Below are positions 1 to 10,491 of a stretch of 64,000 nucleotides of DNA, piece by piece. The position numbers were made by a program, and so were the translations under genes. Location of the stretch: contig JAQXOT010000011.1 of NCBI GenBank assembly GCA_029099845.1, positions 41,044-105,043 on the forward strand, given 5' to 3'. A model generated the notes under the pieces. That model was not told the DNA's origin, did no database searches, and saw only the letters and a program-made list of their open reading frames with translations. The stretch is from a bacterium. Lineage in GTDB: Bacteria; Bacillota_I; Bacilli_A; RF39; UBA660. The first letter of the stretch is position 1, and every line of letters starts with the position of its first letter.

Positions 1-546
1 TTTTAATAATTCACTTTGCTTTTTGGCATCAGTAACATTTAATAAAGCTCTGGCATGACGTTCTGATATTTGTTCTTTTAATAAGGCGTCTTGGACTTCA
101 TCTGGTAATGATAGAAGACGTAATTTGTTAGCTACGGAAGATTGACTTTTACCCATTGTCTTAGCTAGTTCTTCTTGAGTCATTTGATCAATTTCTAAAA
201 TTTTTTGATACGTTCTTGCTTCTTCAATTGGATTTAAATTTTTTCGTTGTAGATTTTCTAGTAAAGCTACTTTTGAACTTTCTTTATCATCTAAATCTCT
301 AATAATCGCAGGGATTCTTGTTAGGCCAGCTAAGGCAGAAGCTTTGTATCTTCTTTCTCCAGCAATAATTTCATATTTACCATTGACATTTCTTACTATA
401 ATTGGTTGAATTACACCATGTTCTTTTATTGATACAGCTAATTCCTTTAAAGCTTTTTCATCAAATACTTCACGTGGTTGAAATCTATTAGGAATTATAT
501 CGTCTAAGTATAAATATACTACTTCATCTTTGGTCTCTTGATTCAT
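1..546 (-). CDS. ParB/Noc-family protein, N-terminal ~182 aa (3' end lies beyond window start)
   Basis: Reverse translation from the ATG at 546 gives MNQETKDEVVYLYLDDIIPNRFQPREVFDE...IIAGERRYKASALAGL. This has the ParB-box GERRY(K/R)A and an HTH region. Its position right after rsmG with no parA between matches noc in Bacillus. Confidence 0.8.
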   Translation of the reverse strand, partial: MNQETKDEVVYLYLDDIIPNRFQPREVFDEKALKELAVSIKEHGVIQPIIVRNVNGKYEIIAGERRYKASALAGLTRIPAIIRDLDDKESSKVALLENLQRKNLNPIEEARTYQKILEIDQMTQEELAKTMGKSQSSVANKLRLLSLPDEVQDALLKEQISERHARALLNVTDAKKQSELLK

Positions 547-746
547 GGTAAATCCCTCTTTTCTATTCTTCTTACCCTTATATATTTATTATAGCTAATT
601 TTTCAATTGTTTTCAATTTCTTTTTATTTTTTATTTTATTTTTTTATTAAGGTAACTTATTTTTTTTATAATTATTTTATAAATAGCTTTATTTTTTATA
701 TTTTATCTATAAATTATCTAATAATATAAAAAAGTGTATATTTACA

Positions 747-1391
747 CTACACTTTTTGTTTATTAGTGATTACTACCAAGCTTCTTTTACTATTTTCTTT
801 TGGTAGCATAAATTCTTCTACTAATTTTATTTCATATTTTTGATTTATCTTTTTTGCTATTTCTGGAGTTAATTCCTCAGAAATATTTCCTTTCATAGCA
901 ATTAACATGCCATTTTTAGAAACTAAATGCATGGTGTATGTTAACAATTTTTCAATATTTGCAACAGCCCTTGCGGTTACAACATCAAACTTTCCTTGTA
1001 ATTCTTCACTTCTAATATGGATTGCTTGGATATTTTCTAGTTCTAATTCTTTAATTATAGTATTTAGATAATTTACTCTTTTTAAAAGTGAATCAACTAA
1101 TGTTATTTTTAAATTTGGAAAGACGATTTTTAATACTATTCCAGGAAAGCCGGCACCACTACCCACATCACATAAAGTTTCTATTTTGGTTAAGTCTACA
1201 ACCTTTGTAATGGTTAAGCTATCATAAAAGTGTTTAAGATAAACGTCTTCTTTTTCAACGATTCTTGTTAGATTGATTTTGTTGTTCCAGGCAATTAATA
1301 ATTTATAAAATTTTTCTAATTTTATTTCTTGCTCTTCGTTTAATGTTATTCCAAGTCTAGCTAATGCCTCGATAAATTCTGTTCTATTCAT
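747..1391 (-). CDS. rsmG: 16S rRNA m7G527 methyltransferase
   Basis: SAM-binding motif [15 protein letters not shown]; conserved gidA-gidB synteny. Confidence 0.9.
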   Translation of the reverse strand: MNRTEFIEALARLGITLNEEQEIKLEKFYKLLIAWNNKINLTRIVEKEDVYLKHFYDSLTITKVVDLTKIETLCDVGSGAGFPGIVLKIVFPNLKITLVDSLLKRVNYLNTIIKELELENIQAIHIRSEELQGKFDVVTARAVANIEKLLTYTMHLVSKNGMLIAMKGNISEELTPEIAKKINQKYEIKLVEEFMLPKENSKRSLVVITNKQKV

Positions 1392-3252
1392 TATTACTCC
1401 TTTTAAGATAAACCATTAAAATAGATATGTCGGCTGGGTTTACTCCACTTATTCTTGAAGCTTGACCTATAGTAGTAGGATTTATTTCAGATAGCTTTTG
1501 ACGAGCTTCACTAGCTAAATTTGGTACTTTTGTATAATCAATATTTTGTGGAATTCTTTTTTCTTCGAGAGAAAGCATCCTTTCGGCTTCTTTTTCGGCT
1601 TTTTTGATATAGCCTTCATATTTTATATTTATTTCTACTTCTTCCCCTACTTCTTGATCTTGTGGTATTTCAATAAAATGATTGATGTGTTCTAACGTTA
1701 TTTCTGGTCTTTTTAAAAGTTCATACAACGATATTCCATCTTTTAGGGCTTTGGTATTGATTGATTCTAAGTATAAATTAATTTCTTTTTTAGGAGTTAT
1801 TCTTGTTTCTTCTAGTTTTTTTCTAAACTCAACCATTTCGTAAACTTTTTTTTGAAATTTAGCGTATCTTTCTTCATCAACTAAGCCAACTTGATAACCA
1901 TATTTTCTTAATCTTAAGTCAGCATTATCATGTCTTAATAATAAACGATATTCTGCTCGTGATGTTAGAAGTCGATATGGATCTTTTACGCCTTTGGTTA
2001 CTAAATCATCTATTAATACACCTATATATGATTCATTTCTTTTTAATATTAATGGTTCTTTTCCTTCTAGTTTTAAGGCGGCATTTATTCCGGCAATAAG
2101 ACCTTGCCCAGCAGCTTCTTCGTAACCACTAGTGCCATTTATTTGCCCGGCTGTATATAAACCTTCTACTAACTTTGTTTCTAGCGATTGTTTTAGTTGT
2201 TTAGAATCTATTGCATCATATTCAATAGCATATGCATATTTTAATATTTTGGCATTTTCTAAGCCAGGTAAACTATGAACCATTTCTTCTTGAACATTAT
2301 GAGGCATACTGGTTGAAAAACCTTGTAGATAAATATCATCATAATAAATGCTTTCTGGCTCTAGAAATAATTGATGACGCTCTTTATCACTAAAGCGGAC
2401 AATTTTGTCTTCTATTGATGGGCAATATCTAGGGCCAACACCTTCAACATAGCCGCCATACATACTTGATTCTTTTAGGTGTTGGCGAATAATTTCATGA
2501 GTTTTTTCCGTAGTATAAATTAAATTACATGGTACTTGATTTTTAACATCATAGTATGTCCTATTGTCAAAGGAAAATGTCCTTGCTACTGAATCGCCTG
2601 GTTCTACGGATGTTTTACTATAATCGATTGAACTTCTATCTATTCTTGGTGGTGTTCCTGTTTTTAAACGAAGTATTTTAAAACCTAATTCTTTTAAATT
2701 TTCACTTAAATATTTTGATTCTTTTTCACCATGTGGACCTCCTGGTGTTTTGTTAGCACCAGTTAAGATTACGGCTTTTAAATATGTTCCAGTTGTTAAA
2801 ATTACAGCTTGGGATTGAATTTTAGTTGAATCAGATAATTCTACTCCTTCAATTTTTCCATTTGATACAAGCAATTTTTCTACCATAGCTTCTTTTATCT
2901 CTAAATTTGGCTGTTTTGTTAGAGTTTTTAACATTTCTTGAGGATAAACAATTTTATCTTCTTGAGCTCTTAAAGCTTGAACTGCTGGGCCTTTTTTCGT
3001 ATTCAACATTTTTAGTTGAAGAGCTCCTTTGTCGGCATTTTTCCCCATTTCTCCACCAAGAGCATCTATTTCTCTGACAACAATTCCCTTAGCTGGTCCA
3101 CCTATTGATGGATTGCAAGGCATATCAGCGATATTTTTTATATTACCAGTAATTAGCAAGGTCTTATGTCCTTTTCTTGCAGCTGCTAAAGAGGCTTCAC
3201 ATCCAGCATGTCCTCCGCCAACTACAATTATTTCATATTCCATTTTATTCAC
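1384..3252 (-). CDS. mnmG: tRNA uridine-5-carboxymethylaminomethyl modification enzyme MnmG (GidA)
   Basis: N-terminal FAD motif [11 protein letters not shown]; 622 aa; synteny. Confidence 0.95.
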   Translation of the reverse strand: MNKMEYEIIVVGGGHAGCEASLAAARKGHKTLLITGNIKNIADMPCNPSIGGPAKGIVVREIDALGGEMGKNADKGALQLKMLNTKKGPAVQALRAQEDKIVYPQEMLKTLTKQPNLEIKEAMVEKLLVSNGKIEGVELSDSTKIQSQAVILTTGTYLKAVILTGANKTPGGPHGEKESKYLSENLKELGFKILRLKTGTPPRIDRSSIDYSKTSVEPGDSVARTFSFDNRTYYDVKNQVPCNLIYTTEKTHEIIRQHLKESSMYGGYVEGVGPRYCPSIEDKIVRFSDKERHQLFLEPESIYYDDIYLQGFSTSMPHNVQEEMVHSLPGLENAKILKYAYAIEYDAIDSKQLKQSLETKLVEGLYTAGQINGTSGYEEAAGQGLIAGINAALKLEGKEPLILKRNESYIGVLIDDLVTKGVKDPYRLLTSRAEYRLLLRHDNADLRLRKYGYQVGLVDEERYAKFQKKVYEMVEFRKKLEETRITPKKEINLYLESINTKALKDGISLYELLKRPEITLEHINHFIEIPQDQEVGEEVEINIKYEGYIKKAEKEAERMLSLEEKRIPQNIDYTKVPNLASEARQKLSEINPTTIGQASRISGVNPADISILMVYLKRSNNE

Positions 3253-3326
3253 TTCCTATTTTTAACAATTTCATTTTTAATAAATTAATTGTCTTTATAC
3301 AAATAAATTATACATTTCATATTATT

Positions 3327-4679
3327 TTATTTTCCAACGCAAAAGTTTTCAAATAAATTATCTATTATTTCATCACTATATGTAGCACCAATTATTTCTC
3401 CAAGATTATCAAAACACTCTTTTAAATCTATTTCAATTATATCAACAGGTTGATTTTCTTTAATTGCTTCTTTGGCATCTAATAAATTTTGATATGCTTT
3501 TTTGGCTAAAGAAATTTGTCTACTATTGGTTAGATATGTATAATCTTTAGTAGAAATTTTTTCTAAATTAAACATTTCTTTTATTTTTTCTTTTAAACTT
3601 TTAATTCCTTCTACACTATTAGTATTTGTTTCTACTATATTAGTTAAACCTGTCGGTAAAGTTAATTTACGGTTTAAGTCATTTTTATTAATAACAATTA
3701 TTCTAGTTTTATTTTTAGTTTTTTCAAGAATTTCATAATCTTCTTGTGACAGGATTTCATTATTATTTAGAACAACTACTATTAAATCAGCTTCGTTTAT
3801 CATAGATAAACTTTTCTCTACACCTATTTTTTCAACTAAATCGTCGGTAGCTCTTATTCCAGCTGTATCTATTATATTTAATAATACGCCATCTAAATAT
3901 ATTTCTCCTTCAACTATATCTCTTGTAGTACCTGCAATATTGGTAACTATGGCTTTATCTTGTTCTAAAAGCATATTTAGAATACTACTTTTTCCTACAT
4001 TTGGTTTTCCAAGAATTACTGTTTTTATTCCATTTTTTATTGTTGCGGTATTTTCTGATTCCTTTATTAGATAAGAAAGTTCATCTTTCATTTTTTCTAC
4101 TTGCTCATTGATTTTTTCAATTGTCATAACTTCAATGTCATAATATTCTGGATAATCTATATTCACTTCAATAGATGATAGTAGTTGTTTTAAGTTATTT
4201 CTAAATTTAGTTATCAAAGCAGATGTTTTGCCATCTAATTGGGATAAAGCTATTTTTCTAGCTTCTTCACTCTTACTTTGAATTAAGTCCATTATCGCTT
4301 CACTTTTTACCAAATCAATTCTACCGTTTAAAAAAGCTCTTTTAGTAAATTCTCCTGGCTCTGCTAAGCGGGCACCATTATTTAATATTGTTTCCAATAT
4401 TTTGTTAGTCGTTATTATTCCACCGTGGCAGTTTATTTCAACAACATCTTCTGTGGTATAACTTTTAGGCTTTAACATTATTGAAACTAAAACTTCATCA
4501 ATTAATTCATCTCCATCATACATATGACCATAGTTTATAGTATGACTTTGAACTTTTGATAAATCTTTCCCTTTAAAACATTTATTTACAATGGAAACTG
4601 CTTCAGAACCGCTAAGTCTTACAATGGAAATTGCTCCTACTCCCATTGTTGTAGAAATAGCAACTATTGTATCATTCAT
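3327..4679 (-). CDS. mnmE: tRNA modification GTPase MnmE (TrmE)
   Basis: G-domain GKPNVGKSS, DTAGIR, C-terminal CxGK; synteny. Confidence 0.95.
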   Translation of the reverse strand: MNDTIVAISTTMGVGAISIVRLSGSEAVSIVNKCFKGKDLSKVQSHTINYGHMYDGDELIDEVLVSIMLKPKSYTTEDVVEINCHGGIITTNKILETILNNGARLAEPGEFTKRAFLNGRIDLVKSEAIMDLIQSKSEEARKIALSQLDGKTSALITKFRNNLKQLLSSIEVNIDYPEYYDIEVMTIEKINEQVEKMKDELSYLIKESENTATIKNGIKTVILGKPNVGKSSILNMLLEQDKAIVTNIAGTTRDIVEGEIYLDGVLLNIIDTAGIRATDDLVEKIGVEKSLSMINEADLIVVVLNNNEILSQEDYEILEKTKNKTRIIVINKNDLNRKLTLPTGLTNIVETNTNSVEGIKSLKEKIKEMFNLEKISTKDYTYLTNSRQISLAKKAYQNLLDAKEAIKENQPVDIIEIDLKECFDNLGEIIGATYSDEIIDNLFENFCVGK

Positions 4680-4747
4680 GGAACCACTCCTTTTTTTCTT
4701 TTCATATTATAGCATAATCCAGTAAAGATGAAAATAAAAAAGAAGAA

Positions 4748-5362
4748 TTAATCTTCTTTTGGTTTAATTACTACGTAGCGATTTGGTTCTTCCCCTTCAC
4801 TTTCGGTATAAACTTTTTTATTATTTGTTAATGCGTTATGAACGATTCTTCGCTCATAAGAGTTCATTGAATCTAGTTTAGCAGCAATCTTTGTGCTAGC
4901 GACTTCTCTAGCAACTTTTTTAGCTAAAGATTCAATTGATTTTTCATGCTTTTCCTTGTAAGAATTTATATCTATAATAAACTTGAAATTTCTTCCTGTT
5001 TCTTTTAATATATGTTGACTAGCTACGATTGATAAGGCCTTTAAATTTTTTCCGTTTTTTCCTATTAATAAAGCATCATTATCTGAATATATTATATATG
5101 TTGGTATTTCTTCTTTATTTTTTATTTCAATATTAGCAGAAAAACCTAAGTTTTTTAAAAGTTTTATTAAATACTCTTTAATATATTTTATAACTTCTCT
5201 TCTTTCAATTACTTCTATTTCTATTTTGGGACTTTTAAATAGACCACCTTTTTCATTTAATGTTTCTTTTATAATTAGGTTATCTTCTGTTTCTTGTAAG
5301 TCAATTGTTGCAGTTAAAATTGCATCTTCTTTAGTTTTCCCTGTATATTTATGCTTTTCCAT
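4748..5362 (-). CDS. khpB: Jag/KhpB RNA-binding protein (KH + R3H domains)
   Basis: Position between yidC and mnmE; ~200 aa with R3H-like C-terminus. Confidence 0.75.
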   Translation of the reverse strand: MEKHKYTGKTKEDAILTATIDLQETEDNLIIKETLNEKGGLFKSPKIEIEVIERREVIKYIKEYLIKLLKNLGFSANIEIKNKEEIPTYIIYSDNDALLIGKNGKNLKALSIVASQHILKETGRNFKFIIDINSYKEKHEKSIESLAKKVAREVASTKIAAKLDSMNSYERRIVHNALTNNKKVYTESEGEEPNRYVVIKPKED

Positions 5363-6290
5363 TTACTTCTTTACTCCTTTTAACTAAAATATTTTGAACA
5401 ATAGTAAATAAATTTGAAGTAATCCAATATATTCCTAAACCAGATGGCATAAATACTGAAGTTATTATAATCATTACTGTCATCATTATTGGCATTGATT
5501 TCATACTTGGATCTGCCATGTTTCCGGTTGAATTCATTTTAAATGAAAAATATGTGGTTAAACCAATCAAGGCAACTAATATTAGGTATGCATACCATGT
5601 GCCTGTTCCAATTCCAATTGATGGTGTTGTTCCTAATTGCAAAGCTAAAAATTTATCTTCAAAAATAGCAGGAGTTCTTTGAATTGCTTCGAAGAAAGCT
5701 ATAAATAATGGTAATTGTAAAAATGAAAATAGACAGCCAGATAAAGGATTTATATTGTATTTTTTATAAATCATTAGCATTTCTTGGTTTTGTTTCATTA
5801 ATGATTCTTGATCTGTTTTGTCTTTATATTTCTTTTGAAGTCTGTCTAATTCTGGTTGAGCTTTCTTTATTAATTCTGACTGCATAGCTGTTTTTCTTGT
5901 TATTGGATATGCTATTAGTCTTATTATTAAACTTAATATTATAACTGAAATAGCATAATTACCAACATTCTTTCCAACAAAAAGTAATATAAATGCTAGG
6001 GGTTTTATAAAGAAACTTGTCCATAAACTTTCATACTTTCCAGATGTAACTTTGAATTCATCACATGTTGGTAGTTTATTAATATCTACCCCATTTTTTT
6101 CATATATTGCAATCATTTCCTTGTCTGTTGGTTGACAAATAATATTTTTAGTTAAATTTTGACCAGTTACTTCATTTTTTACTGGTTTATTATTTTTATC
6201 CGTTAAAGTTGTTGTACAACCCGTCGTTACTAGTAGTAACAAAAGTACAAGTAATATTTTAATTTTATTTTTCTTTTTTGACTGATTCAT
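5349..6290 (-). CDS. yidC: membrane protein insertase YidC/SpoIIIJ (lipoprotein-type)
   Basis: N-terminal lipobox LLVTTGC, multiple TM helices, adjacent to rnpA. Confidence 0.85.
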   Translation of the reverse strand: MNQSKKKNKIKILLVLLLLLVTTGCTTTLTDKNNKPVKNEVTGQNLTKNIICQPTDKEMIAIYEKNGVDINKLPTCDEFKVTSGKYESLWTSFFIKPLAFILLFVGKNVGNYAISVIILSLIIRLIAYPITRKTAMQSELIKKAQPELDRLQKKYKDKTDQESLMKQNQEMLMIYKKYNINPLSGCLFSFLQLPLFIAFFEAIQRTPAIFEDKFLALQLGTTPSIGIGTGTWYAYLILVALIGLTTYFSFKMNSTGNMADPSMKSMPIMMTVMIIITSVFMPSGLGIYWITSNLFTIVQNILVKRSKEVNGKA

Positions 6291-6627
6291 TTGATTTTCC
6301 CTTCCTCATATTATTAATTAGAGATGTGAAGTCCATTTCAAGTTCTTGATAATTTTTATCTTTGGCACTTCCTCTTAATATTATAATATAATCTTGGTTT
6401 TTTATATAGTCTTTTTTTGAATTATCTATGATTGCTCTTAATCTCCGCTTATATTTGTTTCGATTAACTGCATTTCCAATTTTTTTTCCTACAGAAATAC
6501 CATAGCGATTATATGGTAAATTATTTTCTATATGATAGATTACAAAACTTTTGTTTTTTAAAACTTTACCAGTTGTCATAATTTTCTCAAAGTCCCTAGA
6601 GTTTTTTACTATATATAGTTTTTTCAT
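6265..6627 (-). CDS. rnpA: RNase P protein component
   Basis: Basic ~120-aa protein downstream of rpmH; conserved order. Confidence 0.85.
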   Translation of the reverse strand: MKKLYIVKNSRDFEKIMTTGKVLKNKSFVIYHIENNLPYNRYGISVGKKIGNAVNRNKYKRRLRAIIDNSKKDYIKNQDYIIILRGSAKDKNYQELEMDFTSLINNMRKGKSNESVKKEK

Positions 6628-6654
6628 CTAAATTCACCAATCTTTTCTTTAAAT

Positions 6655-6688
6655 AATAGTAAAAAACCACTGTATTTTTTCAGCGGTT
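6655..6688 (-). terminator. putative terminator downstream of rpmH
   Basis: Imperfect hairpin accactg...cagcggt next to a T-run. Confidence 0.35.
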
Positions 6689-6811
6689 TTATTTGCATAG
6701 ACTTTTACGTCCTTTGCGACGACGACGATTTAAAATATTTGTTTTTTTACGTGCAAAAAAACCTAGTTTTTTAGCTTTTTTACGATTATTTGGTTGATAT
6801 GTTCTTTTCAC
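6689..6811 (-). CDS. rpmH: 50S ribosomal protein L34
   Basis: GTG start preceded by GGAGGTG; MKRTYQPNNRKKAKKLGFFARKKTNILNRRRRKGRKSLCK. The six-frame ORF 6689..6871 is an upstream over-extension. Confidence 0.9.
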   Translation of the reverse strand: MKRTYQPNNRKKAKKLGFFARKKTNILNRRRRKGRKSLCK

Positions 6812-6892
6812 TTGTTCCACCTCCAGACATAAATCTCCATTATTATAATAGGAAGATGCATAGTTTGTCAATTAAATTAGTGTATTTTTTAT

Positions 6893-7034
6893 TTTTTCAC
6901 AAATTCCACAGAATTGTGGAATACTTTTATTCATATGTGCAAACAAAAACTGTGGAAACTGTGGAAAAAGCAAGGTTTTCTTTTAAAATCAAAGGTTTCA
7001 TTTGTGCAAAAAATTGTTGATTTCGTGTGGATAA
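6893..7034. promoter_or_regulatory. oriC upstream DnaA-box cluster (incC-like)
   Basis: At least six 9-mers matching or near TTATCCACA on either strand: TTTTTCACA 6893, AATTCCACA 6902, TGTGGAATA 6915, TGTGGAAAC 6951, TGTGGAAAA 6960, and a perfect TGTGGATAA at 7026..7034. Confidence 0.8.
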
Positions 7035-7119
7035 AATTTTATCAAAAAAAAATGTTTCTTTTTTTCACAATTTAAGGTACACTAATCGTAGTTTATTTAT
7101 CTTGAGGGGAGATGGTAGA

Positions 7120-8493
7120 ATGAATGTTGATGTTTTATGGTCTAATTTTTTAAAACAAATAAAAGAAGAATTAACATCTTTATCATTCGATACTTGGTTT
7201 GCAGATACTCACCTTCATAAGATAGATGATGGCAAGGCATATATTGTTGTGCCAATGCCAATCCATAAAAAGCATTTATTAGATAATTATTCTGATTTGA
7301 TTACAAAAATATTAAATGAAATTACTAACAGTAACTTAGAACTCGTTTTTTTGCTAAAAGAGGAAATTGAGGATGTTGTTCCGAAAAAAGAGATACAAAG
7401 TTCAGATTTATTGTTAGAGGTAGATAATAAAGTTCATTCAAATTTAAATGCTAATTATACTTTTGATAATTTTATAGTAGGGAATAGTAATAAATTTGCA
7501 CAGGCGGCAGCTCTTTCTGTAGCTGAAAATCCTGGGAAAATGTACAATCCACTATTTATATATGGTAATAGTGGGCTAGGTAAAACACATCTAATGCATG
7601 CAATTGGTAATTATATAATTCAAAATTCTGATAAAAAAGTTCTATATGTTACTAGTGATCAATTTATACAGGACTTTATTAGTCTAAAGAAAAAAGATGA
7701 AAGTGAAACAAATTTCAATTATATTGATTTTTTCAAAAACAAATATAGAAATATAGATGTTTTAATTATTGATGATATTCAATTTTTAGGGGGAGCAACA
7801 GGAACACAAAAAGAATTTTTCCATACTTTTAACACATTATATAATGATAGTAAACAAATTATAATTTCCTCTGATCGTTCTCCAGATGATTTGAAACTTT
7901 TAGAGGATAGGCTTAGAACAAGATTTTGTTGGGGGTTAACTGTTAATATTTTTCCACCGGATTTTGCTTTAAGAACTGCCATATTAAAAAAGAAAATTGT
8001 GGCGGGAAATTTTGAAAAAGAAATTCCAGAAGATGTAATTGAATATATTGCTTCTAATATTGGGACCGATGTTAGACAACTCGAGGGCTCAATCACACGT
8101 TTAATTGCTTATTCAGCAATAATGAGTGGGGCAGATATAACCTTAGATTTGGCAATAGAAGCCTTGAAAGATTTCATTAGTAAAGGTATGAGTGAAAAAA
8201 ATGACATTCATAGAATTCAAAAAATTGTATCTGAATATTTTCAAATCTCTGTAGAAGACATTAGAAGTAAAAAGCGAAGTTCAAATATTTCTTTTCCTAG
8301 GCAAATTGCTATGTATCTTTGTCGAGAGATGACCAGTGAGTCTTTTCCTAAAATTGGTACAGAGTTTGGGGGAAAAGATCATTCAACAGTAATGCATTCT
8401 GTTGAAAAAATAGAAAATGAAATTAAAGTGAATAAAGATTTAGCTAATATTATTGAAAAATTAAAAAAGGATATTGGTATTGTGCAAAAGTAG
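7120..8493 (+). CDS. dnaA: chromosomal replication initiator DnaA
   Basis: Walker A GNSGLGKTHL, AAA+ domain, and C-terminal DNA-binding helix. The start is moved to MNVDVLWSNF, which has a GAGGGGAG RBS; the 7027 ORF start runs through the DnaA boxes. Confidence 0.95.
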   Translation: MNVDVLWSNFLKQIKEELTSLSFDTWFADTHLHKIDDGKAYIVVPMPIHKKHLLDNYSDLITKILNEITNSNLELVFLLKEEIEDVVPKKEIQSSDLLLEVDNKVHSNLNANYTFDNFIVGNSNKFAQAAALSVAENPGKMYNPLFIYGNSGLGKTHLMHAIGNYIIQNSDKKVLYVTSDQFIQDFISLKKKDESETNFNYIDFFKNKYRNIDVLIIDDIQFLGGATGTQKEFFHTFNTLYNDSKQIIISSDRSPDDLKLLEDRLRTRFCWGLTVNIFPPDFALRTAILKKKIVAGNFEKEIPEDVIEYIASNIGTDVRQLEGSITRLIAYSAIMSGADITLDLAIEALKDFISKGMSEKNDIHRIQKIVSEYFQISVEDIRSKKRSSNISFPRQIAMYLCREMTSESFPKIGTEFGGKDHSTVMHSVEKIENEIKVNKDLANIIEKLKKDIGIVQK

Positions 8494-8508
8494 GGAAAAG
8501 TTTAATAG

Positions 8509-8579
8509 TTTTCCACAAGAAAAAATTAGCTAAATCTTAAAAATATAAAGGAAAAATTAAGTTTTCAACTTTTTCCACA
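8509..8579. promoter_or_regulatory. oriC downstream DnaA boxes plus AT-rich unwinding region
   Basis: TTTTCCACA at 8509..8517 and 8571..8579 within AT-rich spacer between dnaA and dnaN. Confidence 0.7.
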
Positions 8580-8619
8580 GTATTAATAATAATAGTTAAA
8601 AAGAAAGAAGGAAATAAAT

Positions 8620-9747
8620 ATGAAATTTACAATTAAAAAAGATTTATTATTAGATGCTTTAAATAAAGTATCAAAGGCTATTTCTACAAAGAACTTAATT
8701 CCTGTATTAGCTGGAATTAAATTTGAGCTAAAAAAGAAAAAATTAACTTTAACTGCTAGTGATAATGATATTACAATTCAAACTAGTATTGAAAGTAATA
8801 ATGAAGATGATTTTCATGTTGAAAATGAAGGAAGTATAATTATTCAAGGAAAGTATATTTTGGATATTGTAAGAAAATTACCTGATAAATATATTAATAT
8901 TGAAGTAATAGATGAATTAAAAATTCTTATTTATACAGAAAATAGTGAATTTAATTTAAATGGAATTAGTGAAAGTGAATATCCTAATATTGGCTTAGAA
9001 GAAAGTAAAAAGAAAGTAAATATCAAGGCTGGAGTATTTAAGAGTATTGTTAATCAAACTGCATTTGCTTCTTCTAATGAAGAAAGTAAACCTGTTTTAA
9101 CAGGAATTAATCTTAATATTGTTGGGGATGTTCTTGAATGTAATTCTACTGATTCTTATCGTTTAGCTAGAAAAGTAGTTAAATTAGATAAGGTTAGTGA
9201 AGATAATTATAATATAGTTATACCTAGCCATAATATTGTTGAATTTTCTAAAATTTTAGGTGATGATGAAGAAATAGTAGAACTTCATATATTTAGTAAT
9301 AAAATCTTATTTAAGACAGGAAATTTGAAGTTTGAATCTAGATTAATCAATGGAACATATCCAAATACTTCTAATTTATTGCCAGATGATTCCTTCTTAA
9401 TAGTAAGCACTAATTTAAATGATTTTTATGATGTTATTGACCGTGTTAGTATTCTAACTAGTGATAAGGAAAAAAATATTGTTACATTAGAAACAAATGA
9501 TGATACTTTAATTCTTCGCAGTAGTTCTGCTGAAATAGGAAGAGTAGAGGAAAAGATGAAAATTACTAAAAATAATAATGAAAATATTAAAATTTCATTT
9601 AGTGCTAAATATATGATGGAAGCTTTGAAAAGTTTTTCCACAGAAACTGTGGATATTCATTTTGTAGGAGAAATCAAACCAATTTTAATTAAGTCATCTG
9701 AAGATGAAACTTTAACACAGTTAGTTTTACCTATTAGAACATATTAA
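8620..9747 (+). CDS. dnaN: DNA polymerase III beta sliding clamp
   Basis: 375 aa, three-domain clamp, canonical position after dnaA. Confidence 0.95.
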   Translation: MKFTIKKDLLLDALNKVSKAISTKNLIPVLAGIKFELKKKKLTLTASDNDITIQTSIESNNEDDFHVENEGSIIIQGKYILDIVRKLPDKYINIEVIDELKILIYTENSEFNLNGISESEYPNIGLEESKKKVNIKAGVFKSIVNQTAFASSNEESKPVLTGINLNIVGDVLECNSTDSYRLARKVVKLDKVSEDNYNIVIPSHNIVEFSKILGDDEEIVELHIFSNKILFKTGNLKFESRLINGTYPNTSNLLPDDSFLIVSTNLNDFYDVIDRVSILTSDKEKNIVTLETNDDTLILRSSSAEIGRVEEKMKITKNNNENIKISFSAKYMMEALKSFSTETVDIHFVGEIKPILIKSSEDETLTQLVLPIRTY

Positions 9748-9775
9748 AGGAAATTAATTTTCCTTTTTTTTTGCT
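9748..9775 (+). terminator. rho-independent terminator after dnaN
   Basis: aaggaaaTTAAtttcctt hairpin followed by a T9 run. Confidence 0.7.
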
Positions 9776-9920
9776 TTTTTTCCATAAAAAAGCCTAAATA
9801 TCGCTAATAATATTAATAGAAGATATATATTTCTTCTTTTTTTGACATTTTATGACAATAGTATTTGCTATATTTTTTTTGAAAACATTATTTTGTTTTC
9901 TAATTTTAGGGGGAATTTTA

Positions 9921-10367
9921 ATGAAATATGAAATTAGTAAGGGAACTTTAGCAATTGTTCCTAATGAAAAAGAAAATAGTTTAGTTTATGAAGATGAAGA
10001 TCGTTATATTGTTGATCAAACACCTTTTGAAATTATGGAAAGTAGTTGTAGGTATTTTGGTAGCACGTATAATGGTAGAAAAGATGGTGCTAAGGATATT
10101 CTTGGTGCAGAGTATAAGGTGCCAATAATAATTGATGATGCTGATAATTTGATAGTTTTTCCTACAACTTCACCACTTTCAGATGATTGTATTTGGATTT
10201 CATTAAAGAGAGTTAAAAATTTTAAGAAGATTGATGCTTGTAATACAAAAATAGTATTTGATAATAATAAGGAAATTATTGTTCCTTGTTCATTTCGAAC
10301 AATAGAAAATCAGGTTTCTAGAGCATCAAGATTAGATCTTATTATGAGAAACAGAAGAAAACACTAA
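9921..10367 (+). CDS. comK: competence transcription factor ComK
   Basis: MKYEISKGTLAIVP...SCRYFGSTYNGRKDGA...FPTTSPLS...FENQVSRA is collinear with B. subtilis ComK (YEVNGATIAVLP...SCRFFGSSYAGRKAGT...FPTLSS...FENQVYRT). Start moved to the ATG with a GGGGGA RBS. Confidence 0.85.
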   Translation: MKYEISKGTLAIVPNEKENSLVYEDEDRYIVDQTPFEIMESSCRYFGSTYNGRKDGAKDILGAEYKVPIIIDDADNLIVFPTTSPLSDDCIWISLKRVKNFKKIDACNTKIVFDNNKEIIVPCSFRTIENQVSRASRLDLIMRNRRKH

Positions 10368-10371
10368 AATA

Positions 10372-10392
10372 GTTATAAAATAGCTATTTTTT
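10372..10392 (+). terminator. terminator after comK
   Basis: Perfect palindrome AAATAGCTATTT followed by T-run. Confidence 0.55.
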
Positions 10393-10491
10393 TGGTGCTT
10401 AAATTGTTCTATTATGGTATAATATGTTTGTGTGTATAGGAATATTTAAATAGGGGATAGGTGATTGTATGTGTCTTTTTTGGGGATTTAA

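Noticed and set aside
3029-3265. Antisense or nested ORFs at 3029..3265, 7779..8096, 9426..9641, 11089..11283, 11843..12091, 14666..14968, 17960..18226, 19749..19940, 22459..22797, 23306..23590, 24291..24527, 24701..24955, 25352..25552, 25943..26279, 26793..27035, 28097..28312, 33567..33779, 42417..42647, 45924..46109, 47115..47333, 49357..49581, 50168..50383, 51441..51818, 53151..53576, 56232..56429
   Set aside because: Each lies wholly inside or antisense to a well-supported conserved gene. All show low-complexity or AT-codon-driven composition with no RBS, and are typical spurious ORFs of AT-rich genomes.
6790-7020. 76-aa ORF in the rpmH-dnaA spacer
   Set aside because: It overlaps the DnaA-box cluster of oriC and the rpmH start and has no RBS; it is non-coding origin DNA.
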